64,000 nt of DNA, taken from assembly GCA_963700285.1 (NCBI GenBank), contig CAVOXA010000001.1, positions 1,408,001 through 1,472,000 of the forward strand. The letters are read 5' to 3'. This DNA is from an uncultured Chloroflexia bacterium (GTDB lineage Bacteria > Chloroflexota > Anaerolineae > JAAYZQ01). Below, one piece after another: positions 9,781-22,259 of the stretch (positions within the stretch are counted from its first letter, which is position 1; the number at the start of each line of letters is the position of its first letter). A program made the position numbers and the translations under genes. Under the pieces are notes generated by a model. The model saw only the letters and a list, made by a program, of their open reading frames with translations. It ran no database searches and was not told the DNA's origin.

Positions 9781-9988
9781 TGGGACAAGCCTCCTCTATT
9801 GCTTGGATTCTCTCATTATGATAAGCTATCCCGTCCACAGGGCTGTAAGGCTTGACACCGAAGCGATCGCACGTCGGCGCAGGCCTTTGAGAGGCATCTT
9901 GGTTACGGGCTTTGGTGGATGGTCCGTCCAGCACCAAATGAAGGCCCGAGTGCCATGACCCGGGGACAGGCTGAGTTTGGTGGCCGAA

Positions 9989-10017
9989 ACTATACCATAG
10001 AAAGTGGGTGCCAGCAA
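9989..10017 (-). promoter_or_regulatory. sigma70-type promoter for the SBP-menA-ABC-larE-larB operon
   Basis: TTGCTG-17nt-TATAGT with TG extension on the minus strand. Confidence 0.5.
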
Positions 10018-10054
10018 GTTCCATGGACCCGGCGGAGTGCAGCCTGACAGCAGC

Positions 10055-10083
10055 TTGACAGAAAGGGCGACAGCCGCTACAAT
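10055..10083 (+). promoter_or_regulatory. sigma70-type promoter for the HD-domain gene
   Basis: TTGACA-17nt-TACAAT. Confidence 0.65.
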
Positions 10084-10158
10084 GCGAGCTGGCTGGCAAG
10101 CCTTGTAGATTCTCATTGACGGGTGTAGCAAGGCGGGCAGATCGATCTGGAGGGTAGA

Positions 10159-10749
10159 TTGATGGACGAAACCGTTACTGCATGTCTAGCGCTTGGTCGA
10201 CGCTACGGCTTTGAAGAGGAACACAGTTGCCAGGATGCGAGGCTGGCAGTGCGCATATTTGACCTGACCTATGACCTTCACCACCTGGATGACGAGTACC
10301 GGGATCTCCTCTACTTTGCCGGTCTTTTGCACGACATTGGCTACGTTGAGGGGTACTGGGGGCATCACAAGACCGCCTACAGGCTTATCATCAAGGCGGA
10401 CCTGCCGGGACTGACAGAGCGTGAGAAGCGGATCGTGGCCAACGTGGCCCGCTACCACCGAGGACCCACGCCCAAGCTAGGGCATGCCGGCTTTGCTGCG
10501 CTGGACCTGGATGATCGCGAGATCGTAACCATGCTGGGCTCAATCTTGCGACTGGCCGATGGTCTGGACCGCGGGCATACTGATGCTGTCCAAGACCTGG
10601 ACGCTTGGCTGGAGGGTGATGACCTGACGTTGTTGGTAGATTGCCCCCTGGGCTGTAGCGCCGAGATCTGGGCTGGAGAAAAGAAGGGCCGTTTCTTTAG
10701 CGACGTGTTTGACGTACGGGTTCGGGTACGCCAGCGCGCGGATGCTTGA
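10159..10749 (+). CDS. HD domain protein resembling the C-terminal domain of Ppx/GppA
   Basis: AGLLHDIG, GHHK, VARYHR, ILRLADGLDRGH; no Ppx ASKHA domain. Confidence 0.8.
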   Translation: MMDETVTACLALGRRYGFEEEHSCQDARLAVRIFDLTYDLHHLDDEYRDLLYFAGLLHDIGYVEGYWGHHKTAYRLIIKADLPGLTEREKRIVANVARYHRGPTPKLGHAGFAALDLDDREIVTMLGSILRLADGLDRGHTDAVQDLDAWLEGDDLTLLVDCPLGCSAEIWAGEKKGRFFSDVFDVRVRVRQRADA

Positions 10750-10764
10750 AGGCTGCAAATCAAG

Positions 10765-10793
10765 TTGCCAACTTGCTCTACCTATGGTACACT
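10765..10793 (+). promoter_or_regulatory. sigma70-type promoter for buk
   Basis: TTGCCA-17nt-TACACT with TG extension. Confidence 0.55.
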
Positions 10794-10845
10794 GACCCCC
10801 GCAGGTCAAAAGGCATAGGGTCTGACCCAGTTGCGGAGAGGCAAC

Positions 10846-11931
10846 ATGTACCGGCTGTTGGTAATCAATCCCGGTTCGACGTCCACCAAGGTTGCTGTCT
10901 ATGAAGATGAGCAGCCTTTGTTCGTTGAGACGCTGCGACACTCCAGCCAGGAGATAGGCACGTTCACGCACATCCTGGACCAATATGACTTGCGTCTTGA
11001 TGTCATTCTGGGACTCCTGCGCCAGCGCCAAATCCCCCTTGCCTCTCTGTCAGGGGTTGTGAGCAGGGGTGGCTTGCTGCGACCTATCCCCAGCGGAACC
11101 TACGGCGTGAACGGGAAAATGGTATCTGAGCTGTCCCGGCGGGACAAGGAGCGGGAGCATGCCTCAAACCTGGGTGCGCTGATAGCCAGAGAGATCGCTG
11201 GGCAAGTGGGTGTGCCCGCTTACATCGTCGATCCGGTATGCGTGGACGAATTCGAGGACCTGGCCCGAGTTTCGGGCTTACCCGAGATCGAGCGCAAGAG
11301 CCTTTCTCATGCGCTGAACCTGAAGGCCACGGCCCGGCGAGCGGCCCAGGATCTGGGACGGCCCTACGGTGAACTCGACCTGGTGGTCGTCCACCTGGGC
11401 GGCGGCATTTCGGTGACGGCGCATCGGCGGGGCCAAATGGTGGACGTGAATCAGGCCCTGGATGGGACAGGCCCCTTTGCGCCAGAGCGCTCGGGCGGGC
11501 TGCCCGTGGGAGACGTGGTCCGACTCTGTTTTGGCATAGCTCCGTACGAGGGGATGAACCTGACCTACGATGAGATGTTCAAGAAACTGGCTGGGCACGG
11601 AGGACTGGTCGCTCACCTGGGCACCAACAACGCACTCGAGGTGGAACAGCGCATCACCGCAGGTGATGAGCATGCAAAGCTGGTCTATGAAGCCATGGCC
11701 TACCAGATTGCCAAGGAGATCGGCTCGATGGCTACCGTCCTGAAGGGGGTTGTTGATGGCATCGCCATCGCAGGAGGTCTAGCTCACTCGGAGATGCTGA
11801 TAGGCTGGATCCGTGAGCGAGTGTCCTGGATTGCCCCTGTACTCGTCTATCCTGGGGAGGATGAGATGCTGGCCCTGGCCCAAGGTGCTCTTCGAGTGCT
11901 CAGCGGGACCGAGCCAGCGTGGGAGTATTGA
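10846..11931 (+). CDS. buk: butyrate kinase
   Basis: INPGSTSTK, RGGLLRP, HASNLG, HALN, HLGGGIS, PERSG, YPGEDEM. Confidence 0.95.
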   Translation: MYRLLVINPGSTSTKVAVYEDEQPLFVETLRHSSQEIGTFTHILDQYDLRLDVILGLLRQRQIPLASLSGVVSRGGLLRPIPSGTYGVNGKMVSELSRRDKEREHASNLGALIAREIAGQVGVPAYIVDPVCVDEFEDLARVSGLPEIERKSLSHALNLKATARRAAQDLGRPYGELDLVVVHLGGGISVTAHRRGQMVDVNQALDGTGPFAPERSGGLPVGDVVRLCFGIAPYEGMNLTYDEMFKKLAGHGGLVAHLGTNNALEVEQRITAGDEHAKLVYEAMAYQIAKEIGSMATVLKGVVDGIAIAGGLAHSEMLIGWIRERVSWIAPVLVYPGEDEMLALAQGALRVLSGTEPAWEY

Positions 11932-12162
11932 ACTCGGGTTTTCAAAGCAGCGACCGTGCTGGGCAACTCGCACCGGATAGGGATCTCGCCTCGGGCCCGG
12001 ACACCCAGTCACTGTCGCAGGCAGCCCTCGCCAGGTGAAGTAGGGCTCGTCCGAGTTCTGCCATGCCTGGCCCGAGCAGAATCAGACTAGATCTGGCGCG
12101 AGATCGGACACCGGAGAGAGCGCTGCCAGCCGAACCATACTACATGAGGAGCTTGAACCAAG

Positions 12163-13323
12163 ATGCAAGTTGCAGAGAGAGTCGCCAACCTACCGCCCTA
12201 CATCTTTGCCCAAGTGGGCCGTCGTATACGCGAACTGCAGGCCCAGGGGATGGATATCATCCGCTTGGACATCGGCAGCCCTGACCTTCCGCCGCCCGAT
12301 TTCATCCTCGATGCCATGTTTCGTTCAGCGCAGGATGGGGCCAAACATGGCTATGGGGGCTACTATGGTACGCCTGCCTTGCGCGCGGCAATGTCGACCT
12401 ACTACCTGCAGCGCTTCGGGGTGGAACTCGATCCGGATAGGGAGGTCGCTCCTCTGATTGGCTCCAAGGAGGGCATCGTTAACACGGCGCTGGCCTTTGT
12501 GGACCCAGGCAGCACGGTACTGGTGCCTGATCCGGGCTATCCGACCTACACGTTGGGGACACTGCTGGCAGGGGGAGAAACGTATGCTATGCCCCTGCTG
12601 CCCGAGAATGACTTTCTTCCTGACCTGGATGCGATTCCCGACGAGGTCGCACGGTCCGCCCGAATCCTGTGGCTGAACTATCCTAACAATCCAACCGGCG
12701 CCGTTGCGCCATTGTCGTTTTTTGAGCGCGTGGTGGCCTTTGGCAAACGGCATGATATACTCATCTGCCACGACAACCCCTACTGCGATGTGACCTTCGG
12801 CGGCTATACGGCCCCGAGCATCCTCCAGGTGCCGGGCGCGATGGATGTGGCGCTGGAGTTCAACTCGTTGTCCAAGGCCTACAACATGGCTGGCTGGCGG
12901 GTGGGCATGGCCGTTGGCAATGCTACTGCCGCCCAGACGCTTGCCCGGACAAAGACCAACATCGATTCGGGCATCTTTCTGGCCATCCAGGATGCGTCTA
13001 TCGTGGCCTTGACTGGAGACCAATCGTGGCTGAAGGATCGCAACGAGATCTACCACGAGCGGCAGGATGTGATCTTGGCTGGCCTTGGGGAGGTCGGGAT
13101 GCGGGCGAGCAAGCCGCAGGCTAGCCTGTACATTTGGGCTGAGACGCCGGAGGGCTACTCCTCGGAGTCATTCGCCACGCGATTGCTGGAAGAAGCGGGC
13201 ATTAGCATCGGGGCAGGAACCATATTTGGTCTGCACGGAGAGGGTTATCTGCGCATCTCGCTGGGCATGAGCACTGAGCGCATCCGCGAGGCCATGGAGC
13301 GGCTCAAAAGCTTCTCTTTCTAA
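12163..13323 (+). CDS. PLP-dependent class I/II aminotransferase (LL-diaminopimelate aminotransferase-like)
   Basis: LPPYIF, LIGSKEG, PDPGYP, NYPNNPTG, SLSKAYNMAGWRVG, KTNIDSG. Confidence 0.85.
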   Translation: MQVAERVANLPPYIFAQVGRRIRELQAQGMDIIRLDIGSPDLPPPDFILDAMFRSAQDGAKHGYGGYYGTPALRAAMSTYYLQRFGVELDPDREVAPLIGSKEGIVNTALAFVDPGSTVLVPDPGYPTYTLGTLLAGGETYAMPLLPENDFLPDLDAIPDEVARSARILWLNYPNNPTGAVAPLSFFERVVAFGKRHDILICHDNPYCDVTFGGYTAPSILQVPGAMDVALEFNSLSKAYNMAGWRVGMAVGNATAAQTLARTKTNIDSGIFLAIQDASIVALTGDQSWLKDRNEIYHERQDVILAGLGEVGMRASKPQASLYIWAETPEGYSSESFATRLLEEAGISIGAGTIFGLHGEGYLRISLGMSTERIREAMERLKSFSF

Positions 13324-13351
13324 GTAGAGGTGGGTTATCGAGCATAGATCA

Positions 13352-14665
13352 GTGGAAACCGCGGCTCCTGTCCAGCGGGCATTGCTGGTAGGGATCCAAC
13401 TGAAGGGCCATAGTAGCAGTTGGGGCATCGAGGATTCTCTGGTGGAGTTGTGCCAGCTTTCCCACACGGCCGGGCTGGAGGTCGCAGGCCAGACGTGGCA
13501 GCGCCTGCACAGCTTCAATCCGGCCACGCTGGTCGGCTCGGGCAAGGTAGAGGAATTGGTCGAGTTGCGCCGAGACCTGGCCTGCGACTTGATTGTCTTT
13601 GATGACGAACTTTCCCCTCGGCAGCTGCGGAACCTGGAAGAGGCAGTTGGGGATGATGTCCAGGTCTTGGACCGGACAGGGCTGATCCTCGATATCTTTG
13701 CCCAGCACGCCAGGACGCGGGAAGGCCAGCTCCAAGTGGAATTGGCCCAGTACCAGTACCGGCTGCCTCGTCTGACCCGAGCTTGGACGCACCTGGCACG
13801 CCAGGCTGGTGGCGGCGCGGCCCGAGGGGGAAGCGGCGGGGTGGGTCTGCGCGGGCCCGGCGAGACCCAGCTCGAGGTAGACCGGCGGGAGATCGGACGG
13901 CGCATTTCCCGGATCAAGGCAGATCTGGAGGTGGTGCGCCGGCATCGCCAGCTCCACCGGCGGCAGCGGAAACGGACGGCAGTGCCGGTGGTAGCCATTG
14001 TAGGCTATACCAATGCAGGCAAGTCGACGTTGCTCAATGCGTTGTCCGGGGCCTCGGTCCTCAGCGAAGACAAGCTCTTTGCTACCCTGGATCCGACGAC
14101 GAGGCGAGTGACGCTGCCCAATGGGCGCGATGTCCTTTTCTCCGATACGGTAGGTTTTATTCAAAAGCTGCCAACAGAGTTGGTCGCTGCCTTCCGGGCC
14201 ACTCTGGAGGAGATCAACGAGGCGGACCTGATCCTGCACGTGGTGGACATCGCGCACCCTAACGCCTGCCAACAGAGCGAAACCGTGATGGAGACGCTTG
14301 CTGAACTGGGCGTCGTAGACCAGCCAGTGCTGACCATACTGAACAAGATCGATGGCCTGCCCGGCAGAGTCCCGAGTGCGGACTGCCTGGATCTATTCCC
14401 GGACAGTGTGGCGGTCTCGGCCCTGGAGGGGCAGGGCCTGGACCTTCTCCTGGCGAGAGTCGAGGAAGTCCTTGGGGCCGAGTTGGTCCCCGTTGAAGTC
14501 CAGATTCCCTACGAACGAGGTGATCTCGCAGCGCTCTTCCACGAGCAGGGTACTGTAGTAACTGTGAGGCATGATGGAGAGGGCACAACCCTGTCAGGTT
14601 ATCTGCCCCGCCGCTGGATGGAGGGCTTTCGGCCCTACGTGGTCCAGGCGAGCGGGATCCGGTGA
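13352..14665 (+). CDS. hflX: GTPase HflX
   Basis: [48 protein letters not shown]. Confidence 0.97.
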   Translation: METAAPVQRALLVGIQLKGHSSSWGIEDSLVELCQLSHTAGLEVAGQTWQRLHSFNPATLVGSGKVEELVELRRDLACDLIVFDDELSPRQLRNLEEAVGDDVQVLDRTGLILDIFAQHARTREGQLQVELAQYQYRLPRLTRAWTHLARQAGGGAARGGSGGVGLRGPGETQLEVDRREIGRRISRIKADLEVVRRHRQLHRRQRKRTAVPVVAIVGYTNAGKSTLLNALSGASVLSEDKLFATLDPTTRRVTLPNGRDVLFSDTVGFIQKLPTELVAAFRATLEEINEADLILHVVDIAHPNACQQSETVMETLAELGVVDQPVLTILNKIDGLPGRVPSADCLDLFPDSVAVSALEGQGLDLLLARVEEVLGAELVPVEVQIPYERGDLAALFHEQGTVVTVRHDGEGTTLSGYLPRRWMEGFRPYVVQASGIR

Positions 14666-14689
14666 GGTGGGGCTTCCCCCTGGATAACG

Positions 14690-14761
14690 TTACATGGCCT
14701 TGCGCCGTGGCCAGTAGTCCACGCCGAGCACAAAGGGTTGCGGTTCCGTATTCCTCTCCAT
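14690..14761 (-). pseudogene. N-terminal remnant of a GH5-like glycoside hydrolase
   Basis: Reads MERNTEPQPFVLGVDYWPRRKAM-stop, matching the PF.LGVNYWPRRKAM start of GH5-like mannanases; the rest is absent. Confidence 0.55.
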
Positions 14762-14873
14762 GGCTGAACCATGTCCTACTTTTTGATGGGTAGAGGTCTG
14801 CCACCGAGCCCAATGGCGCTGCGGCCAGGGCGGATGCGACAGCGGTCAGGGGATCCTGCCGAACAAGCAGAGA

Positions 14874-16900
<2,027 letters not shown>

Positions 16901-17142
16901 TGCTCTTGCCTCCGCGCACCACCGGACGGTAGTGTTTGTATGCTGGCGTGGGGCGCCAATCTAGCCTTCTTCCCCGAATCCGCGACTGGATAGGGAGCAC
17001 TGCCTCTGAGTCCCTCACTTATCACGGGATGAATCAACCAGAGCTGGTGCGAAAGCCAAGCTACATCTAGGGCCGCCTGGCGAGCCACTGCAAGACGTTG
17101 CTGTGGAATCCACGCAGACGGCCAGTACCTCTGATGCCGTTC

Positions 17143-17171
17143 ATTATACACCGCATGCAGAGTGTCTGCAA
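17143..17171 (-). promoter_or_regulatory. sigma70-type promoter upstream of ligA
   Basis: TTGCAG-17nt-TATAAT. Confidence 0.6.
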
Positions 17172-17509
17172 GGGTGCGATCGCCAGGAAGCAGAACGGAT
17201 GAACCTCCGATGTGCGTCTCAGCTGGGTGGAAGCGGTATTCAGTACTTCTCAATGTGCGTTGCTAGTCAGTGCCTTGGCCGCGCAGGATCCCAATTACAG
17301 AGACCAAGGTATCCGCTTCGCCCACATGGCCCGGGTAGTGTCCACGCAAGGTTGGGTCACTACGACTCAGGACCGAGGATTCTGTTTTGTGAGCACGCGC
17401 CACCTACACCAGATTGCCTGCGCTCTCCCGATTCATGGCTATGGTCTCTGCCAGGGGTATCGTCGAAAGTTGGCCATGATGTAGAAGCAAGTTTCGGCTT
17501 CCAGGCACT

Positions 17510-18401
17510 CTACGATCCTGCTGGCGTCCCGATGCCCAACAGATCTGCGATGTTGGCCTGGGGATCGATCACTGGTTCAATTAGCGATGTCCCGCAAGTC
17601 ATGAGCGTCGTGACTCCTGGACCGTGCCCGGCGCGTAGACAGTCGCTGTGAACCACGACGCCAATGGTAACGGCCCCCTGTCGATAAGCCCTTCCGTACC
17701 GATTGTCGTGATCCATCAATGCTACGAAATCCCCGAATCGGATCTTGTCCAGTTGATATTCCTCCATGGTTCCTGGATCACTGGTTACAATGTCATAGTC
17801 GCCTTTGGCCACGTGCGCTGCGCCAATGCCCGATCCCAGCGCGGCCGCGGGTACGATGGTCGTCACCGGAACCTGTAACCCTGTCCCTCCCGACTCTTTG
17901 ATCTTCATCTTGTGCAACAGCGTGGGGTCAAGGTTGAAGAGCACAATATCCGGGTAGTCGACCAACCTCAGCCCCTGGCCTTGGGCGTGAATCATGATTT
18001 TGTCATCGTAGGTGAGATCCTTTTTCACCTCGTAGGGAAAATCGACCATGACGTGCTCTGATCCTCCGTGGTGGCCCAGGACGTAGCCGGTCGCACCCTC
18101 CACTTTCCCGGAGATGACCTTTGCCTTGTTGCCCACGCAGGCAAACACTTGGAGGGATACGTTTGGATGCTCAAAGGGTTTCATCGTGTCAGCGGTACAG
18201 CTCACGCCGGGCTCGACGTGGTCTCCCGCCCAGCCAAATGCAGAGTCGCCCACCTGAATGTTCAGCGTGATGCCGCCAATCCCGGGCAGGATGAAGGGGG
18301 TTCCCTGATGGTCGATACCCCAGGTCCCCCTCGTCTTGGGCGGACCGGCTTGACATTGTAGCAGGAATTCTACGATTCTTGTCTTCATTTGTCTTGAGCA
18401 T
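17510..18401 (-). CDS. DUF4438-like conserved protein (frameshift near 18378)
   Basis: Start MLKTNEDK (ATG 18401, GGAG RBS) continues after a shift as IVEFLLQC; [32 protein letters not shown]. Confidence 0.75.
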
Positions 18402-18464
18402 GTTTTCTCCAATCTGATAGTATGGTTCTCGGAACGTGGGTTCCGGGCTCGACTGCCCAGCACG

Positions 18465-19640
18465 TCAATAGGTCAGGCGCGACGTGGTTTGGATTCCTCT
18501 TTTTTGTAGCTCCCTGACAAAGGGTTCATAGGGCACATCGTTTACGGCCGCGACCAGACCCCGCTTGCTAATCTGGCCGGAGGCGATCATCTGGGCGCCG
18601 ATGCTGGCCGTGTAGCCCACGGTGCGGCACATGGCCGTGTGGCCTGTTTCCAGGTCGCGCAGGTCGATGACCTCGTGCAGGACGCGCGCCCTCTTGCCGT
18701 CCTTCCAGCCTGCCACATCGATGCGCACTACCACCACGTCCCGCTCGTGATCGCCGTATTGGATTTGTGGTTCGATGATGGCGGCCAGAAAGTGCTTGCG
18801 GTCCACGGTCATGCCGTCAACCAACACTGGCTCATCGTCGAGGAGATGGAGGTCCACCAGCGTCTGCCACAGGGCGCAGTGGCCGGGCCAGCGCAGCACG
18901 TAGCGCCCCAAGTTGCGCAGCCCAGAGGGGTCAAGCCCAAGCAGCCTGGCGTATGTCAACGCATCGCCGTTGGGAAAAGCCTCCAGCCGTCCCAGACCCT
19001 CAAGCTCGACCTCGTGGATGTTCTGTGGTAGGAACATCTCAGTGGCGCCGATGTCGACGATCTGTCCATCTCGGATCACGCGTCCGGCGCGCAGATAGGA
19101 CCTGAGCACCCCGTCAAAGGTCCAGGTCACTTTGTACTTGAGCGCACCCGTGGCTGCGGCTGGTTCGGGAAAGCCCGCGCCGTAGGTGATAATCTCCTCG
19201 ACGCTGTCCAGCGAGCGAACGGCCTCTCCCAGCAATACCAGGTCGATGCCAGGGTCCATGCCGAACTCGGGCAGGAGGGTGATGTTCTTCGCTTTGGCCT
19301 CGTCTGCCAGACTGGCCAGGCCTGACGTGACATAAGATGCATTGACCAGGTGCACTCCAAGCGCAACGGCTGCGCGGGCCACGTTGTCGTGAAAGATCAT
19401 GGGCATGAGGTCGATGACCGTGTCCGGCCGGCTAGCCATTAATCTCTCGATGCTGGCCGGGTCCGAAGCGTCAACCGGCTCGCAGATCACCTTATCGCCG
19501 TACGCCTGGTGATCGACGTGGTCTACGAGGGCATTGAAATCCCGATCGGCAGCGACGACCTGCTCTACTGCCTCGCTTGCCGCCAAATCGTGGAGGGCTG
19601 CCTTTCCTTGCATGCCTACGCCCAGAAGCAGGATCCTCAT
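18465..19640 (-). CDS. saccharopine dehydrogenase family oxidoreductase
   Basis: GVGMQG Rossmann, [36 protein letters not shown]. Confidence 0.88.
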   Translation of the reverse strand: MRILLLGVGMQGKAALHDLAASEAVEQVVAADRDFNALVDHVDHQAYGDKVICEPVDASDPASIERLMASRPDTVIDLMPMIFHDNVARAAVALGVHLVNASYVTSGLASLADEAKAKNITLLPEFGMDPGIDLVLLGEAVRSLDSVEEIITYGAGFPEPAAATGALKYKVTWTFDGVLRSYLRAGRVIRDGQIVDIGATEMFLPQNIHEVELEGLGRLEAFPNGDALTYARLLGLDPSGLRNLGRYVLRWPGHCALWQTLVDLHLLDDEPVLVDGMTVDRKHFLAAIIEPQIQYGDHERDVVVVRIDVAGWKDGKRARVLHEVIDLRDLETGHTAMCRTVGYTASIGAQMIASGQISKRGLVAAVNDVPYEPFVRELQKRGIQTTSRLTY

Positions 19641-19652
19641 GGTTCTTTCTCC

Positions 19653-20531
19653 TCACGTATCGCTGATGTTCGGGGCGAAATCAGCCCGAAATCTTGTCGG
19701 GATGCGGACAGGCCTGCCACTTTTGACATCAACCCAGGCCCAAAGCGTACGCGCGCGTGCCAGCGGCGCTCCATCGCTGACCCGGGTCAGGACAAAGTGT
19801 CGGAGCACCGTCGTATGCTTCATGTCGGAGGCCCAGGTCGCCACTTCCACATCGTCGTCCAGGATGGCTGGCTGCTTGTACTCGAGTTGATGGCGCCGGG
19901 CGATGATGGCAAAGCCTTCTGCTTGCATGCGCTCCGGCGGCCAACCGTAGGCTGCAGCTAGCTGAAGGGCACAGTCCTCAATGTAGGCCAGGTACACAGC
20001 ATTGTTCACGTGTTGCGCCGGGTCCAGGTCCCGCCATTCGACCCGGCGCCGCTGGTGGAATACCTCCGGGGGGACAGGTGCTGGGGATGGAAACCGGGGG
20101 CGGGGGGGCGCTGAATCAGGCGGCCCTTCGGGCCAGAAGCCGCTGATCATCTCTGCTGGGATAGGGGTGGGCCGGTGGGTCGCAGTGTTCAGGTATACCC
20201 AGTCGGTCATCCCCCGTGCTGCCAGTTCCCCCGTTGAGGCAATGCGTAGCTCGTAAGCACGGCGGGAACGAACCCGTCGGAAATCAACCACCCAGGTCTT
20301 GATTTCCACCGAGTCGCCGTAGCGCAGGGGACACAAATACTCGACGTCGGTCTCACGGACCAGCCAGTGGCAGCCCATGGCCTCGTAGCGTGCCATGTCA
20401 TAGCCGGCCGCCGCAGAGGCGTCAAAGGCTGCCTCTTGCATGTAGCGCAAATAGTTGACATTGTTGACGTGTCCATACCTGTCGCATTCATAGTGGCGTA
20501 CCCGGAACGCTCGGACATGGGTCAGGGCCAT
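19653..20531 (-). CDS. acyl-CoA/acyl-ACP thioesterase, tandem hotdog fold
   Basis: Two repeats of D..GHVNN..YL (ECDRYGHVNNVNYL; DLDPAQHVNNAVYL). Confidence 0.88.
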   Translation of the reverse strand: MALTHVRAFRVRHYECDRYGHVNNVNYLRYMQEAAFDASAAAGYDMARYEAMGCHWLVRETDVEYLCPLRYGDSVEIKTWVVDFRRVRSRRAYELRIASTGELAARGMTDWVYLNTATHRPTPIPAEMISGFWPEGPPDSAPPRPRFPSPAPVPPEVFHQRRRVEWRDLDPAQHVNNAVYLAYIEDCALQLAAAYGWPPERMQAEGFAIIARRHQLEYKQPAILDDDVEVATWASDMKHTTVLRHFVLTRVSDGAPLARARTLWAWVDVKSGRPVRIPTRFRADFAPNISDT

Positions 20532-20550
20532 GGTGTTCTCCCGTCCATCC

Positions 20551-21894
20551 CTACTTGGCAGCCACGTTGGCGGCTACCAGAATGGGATCCCAGACCGGCG
20601 CAAAGGGTGGCGCATAGCTCAGGTCCAGTTGTTGCAGGTCGGCGACGGTCATGCGGTTGTAGAGCGCTGTGGCCAGCACATCGATACGCTTCGCTACGCC
20701 GCGCTTGCCGACAATCTGCCCGCCCAACAGCCGGCCGCTGTTCTCGTCGACGACCAGCTTGACGTGGATCTGCGCGGCGCCGGGTAAGTAGTGAGAAATG
20801 TCGCTGGCTGTGACCATGGTCTCGCGGACGCTGTGGCCGTAGGACCTGGCCTTTTCTGCCGTGAGGCCCGTGGAGGCCGCGGCCAGGTCAAAGACCCGTA
20901 CCACCGTGGTACCCACCACGCCACCAAAGGCGGCCGTGCCGCCCGCGGCGTTCGTGCCGGCCACGCGTCCCTGCTTGTTGGCCGTACTGCCCAGAGGGAT
21001 GTAGGCCGGTACACCGCTAACCAGGTGCAGGGCCTCGGAGCAGTCACCCGCGGCGTACACGCCCAGGACGTTGGTCTGCATGCTGCTGTTGGTAGCGATC
21101 GCTCCGGTTATGCCGAGGGCCACGCCCGCATCTTGGGCCAACGTGACGTTGGGTTGCGCTCCCATGCCCAGCAGGGCGACGTCGCAGGGCAAGTGCTCTT
21201 CCTCGGTGACCACAGCCTCCACTCTATGCTTGCCCTCGAAGGCTATGGGCGTGCCCTTGACGACGGTCACGCCTCGCTGGGCCAGTTCCGCAGCCAGTAG
21301 CTCGCGTACATCGTCGTCGAGCGTGGCTCGCATCACCTTGCCCGAGCGGATCACCATTGTGACCTCCAAGCCCCTACGCTGGAAGGTCTCGGCCATCTCC
21401 ACCCCGACATAGCCGCCGCCAACAACCACCGCTCGTTGTGGCCGGTGCTCGGCAAGGAACGCTTGGATGGCCAGGCCAGACTCGAGGGATCGCAGGCCAA
21501 AGATGCCCTCCATGGCAGATCCGGACAGGGACGGGCGGATGGCGCGTGCACCACTGCCAATGATAAGTTTGTCATAATCCATCGTGAACTTGCGGTCAGC
21601 TTCGAGATCGTGGACGCGCACTGCCTGGGCCCCCACGTCAATGGAGATGACTGCGTGGCGGATATGTACGCTCACGCCTTGGTTGGCCATCTGGGCCGGG
21701 GTACGCTGGATGAGTGCCTGGTAGTCAGGAACGTCTCCCGCGACAAAATAGGGGATACCGCAAGCCGCGAAGGAGATGAAGCGACTTTTTTCATAGACCA
21801 CGATCTCCAGTTCGCGGTCCACGCGCGCCGCCTTGGCCGCGGCGCTCATGCCCGCCGCCCCGCCTCCGATCACGACCAGCCGTCTGGGTCCCAT
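20551..21894 (-). CDS. CoA-disulfide reductase / NADH oxidase family flavoprotein
   Basis: GGGAAG, redox Cys SFAACG, GGGYVG, YAAGDC, LSYAPPFAPVWDP. Confidence 0.9.
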   Translation of the reverse strand: MGPRRLVVIGGGAAGMSAAAKAARVDRELEIVVYEKSRFISFAACGIPYFVAGDVPDYQALIQRTPAQMANQGVSVHIRHAVISIDVGAQAVRVHDLEADRKFTMDYDKLIIGSGARAIRPSLSGSAMEGIFGLRSLESGLAIQAFLAEHRPQRAVVVGGGYVGVEMAETFQRRGLEVTMVIRSGKVMRATLDDDVRELLAAELAQRGVTVVKGTPIAFEGKHRVEAVVTEEEHLPCDVALLGMGAQPNVTLAQDAGVALGITGAIATNSSMQTNVLGVYAAGDCSEALHLVSGVPAYIPLGSTANKQGRVAGTNAAGGTAAFGGVVGTTVVRVFDLAAASTGLTAEKARSYGHSVRETMVTASDISHYLPGAAQIHVKLVVDENSGRLLGGQIVGKRGVAKRIDVLATALYNRMTVADLQQLDLSYAPPFAPVWDPILVAANVAAK

Positions 21895-21928
21895 GGGTGC
21901 CTCCTTGCCCCGCCTAGGTCTGGGCGTG

Positions 21929-22240
21929 CTACTTGGACGGTTTGATGGTGGCGTCGGCGGGGAGAGCCAGGCCAGCCTCTATCTCAACAGCCTTGATGAC
22001 GCCCACCGGCACAGGGCAGGCGGGGTGATAGCAATGCTGGGCACCCAGCTTGAGTGTCCGAGGGCCTTCGCCCCGGAAGCTTATCTCCTGAAAGGGGTCT
22101 ACCTCGGCCAGATCTTTGCCCAAGCGCTGGATGGCGTCGCAGTCGCTCTCGATAGAGACAACGCACTTGCGACCGTCCATTTGCGTTCGCACGGTAGCCG
22201 TAAAGCCGCAGATGCCTGAATTTATCTCTGCCTTTGCCAT
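21929..22240 (-). CDS. small Cys-rich conserved protein (DUF6951-like)
   Basis: GICGF, ESDC, HCYHPACPVP, KAVEIEAGLALP; GGAG RBS. Confidence 0.65.
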   Translation of the reverse strand: MAKAEINSGICGFTATVRTQMDGRKCVVSIESDCDAIQRLGKDLAEVDPFQEISFRGEGPRTLKLGAQHCYHPACPVPVGVIKAVEIEAGLALPADATIKPSK

Positions 22241-22259
22241 GTATGTTTTCTGTCTCCTT

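Noticed and set aside
11932-12162. Lysine riboswitch upstream of the DAP aminotransferase-like gene
   Set aside because: No AGAGGUGC start or other L-box consensus and no terminator could be recognised.
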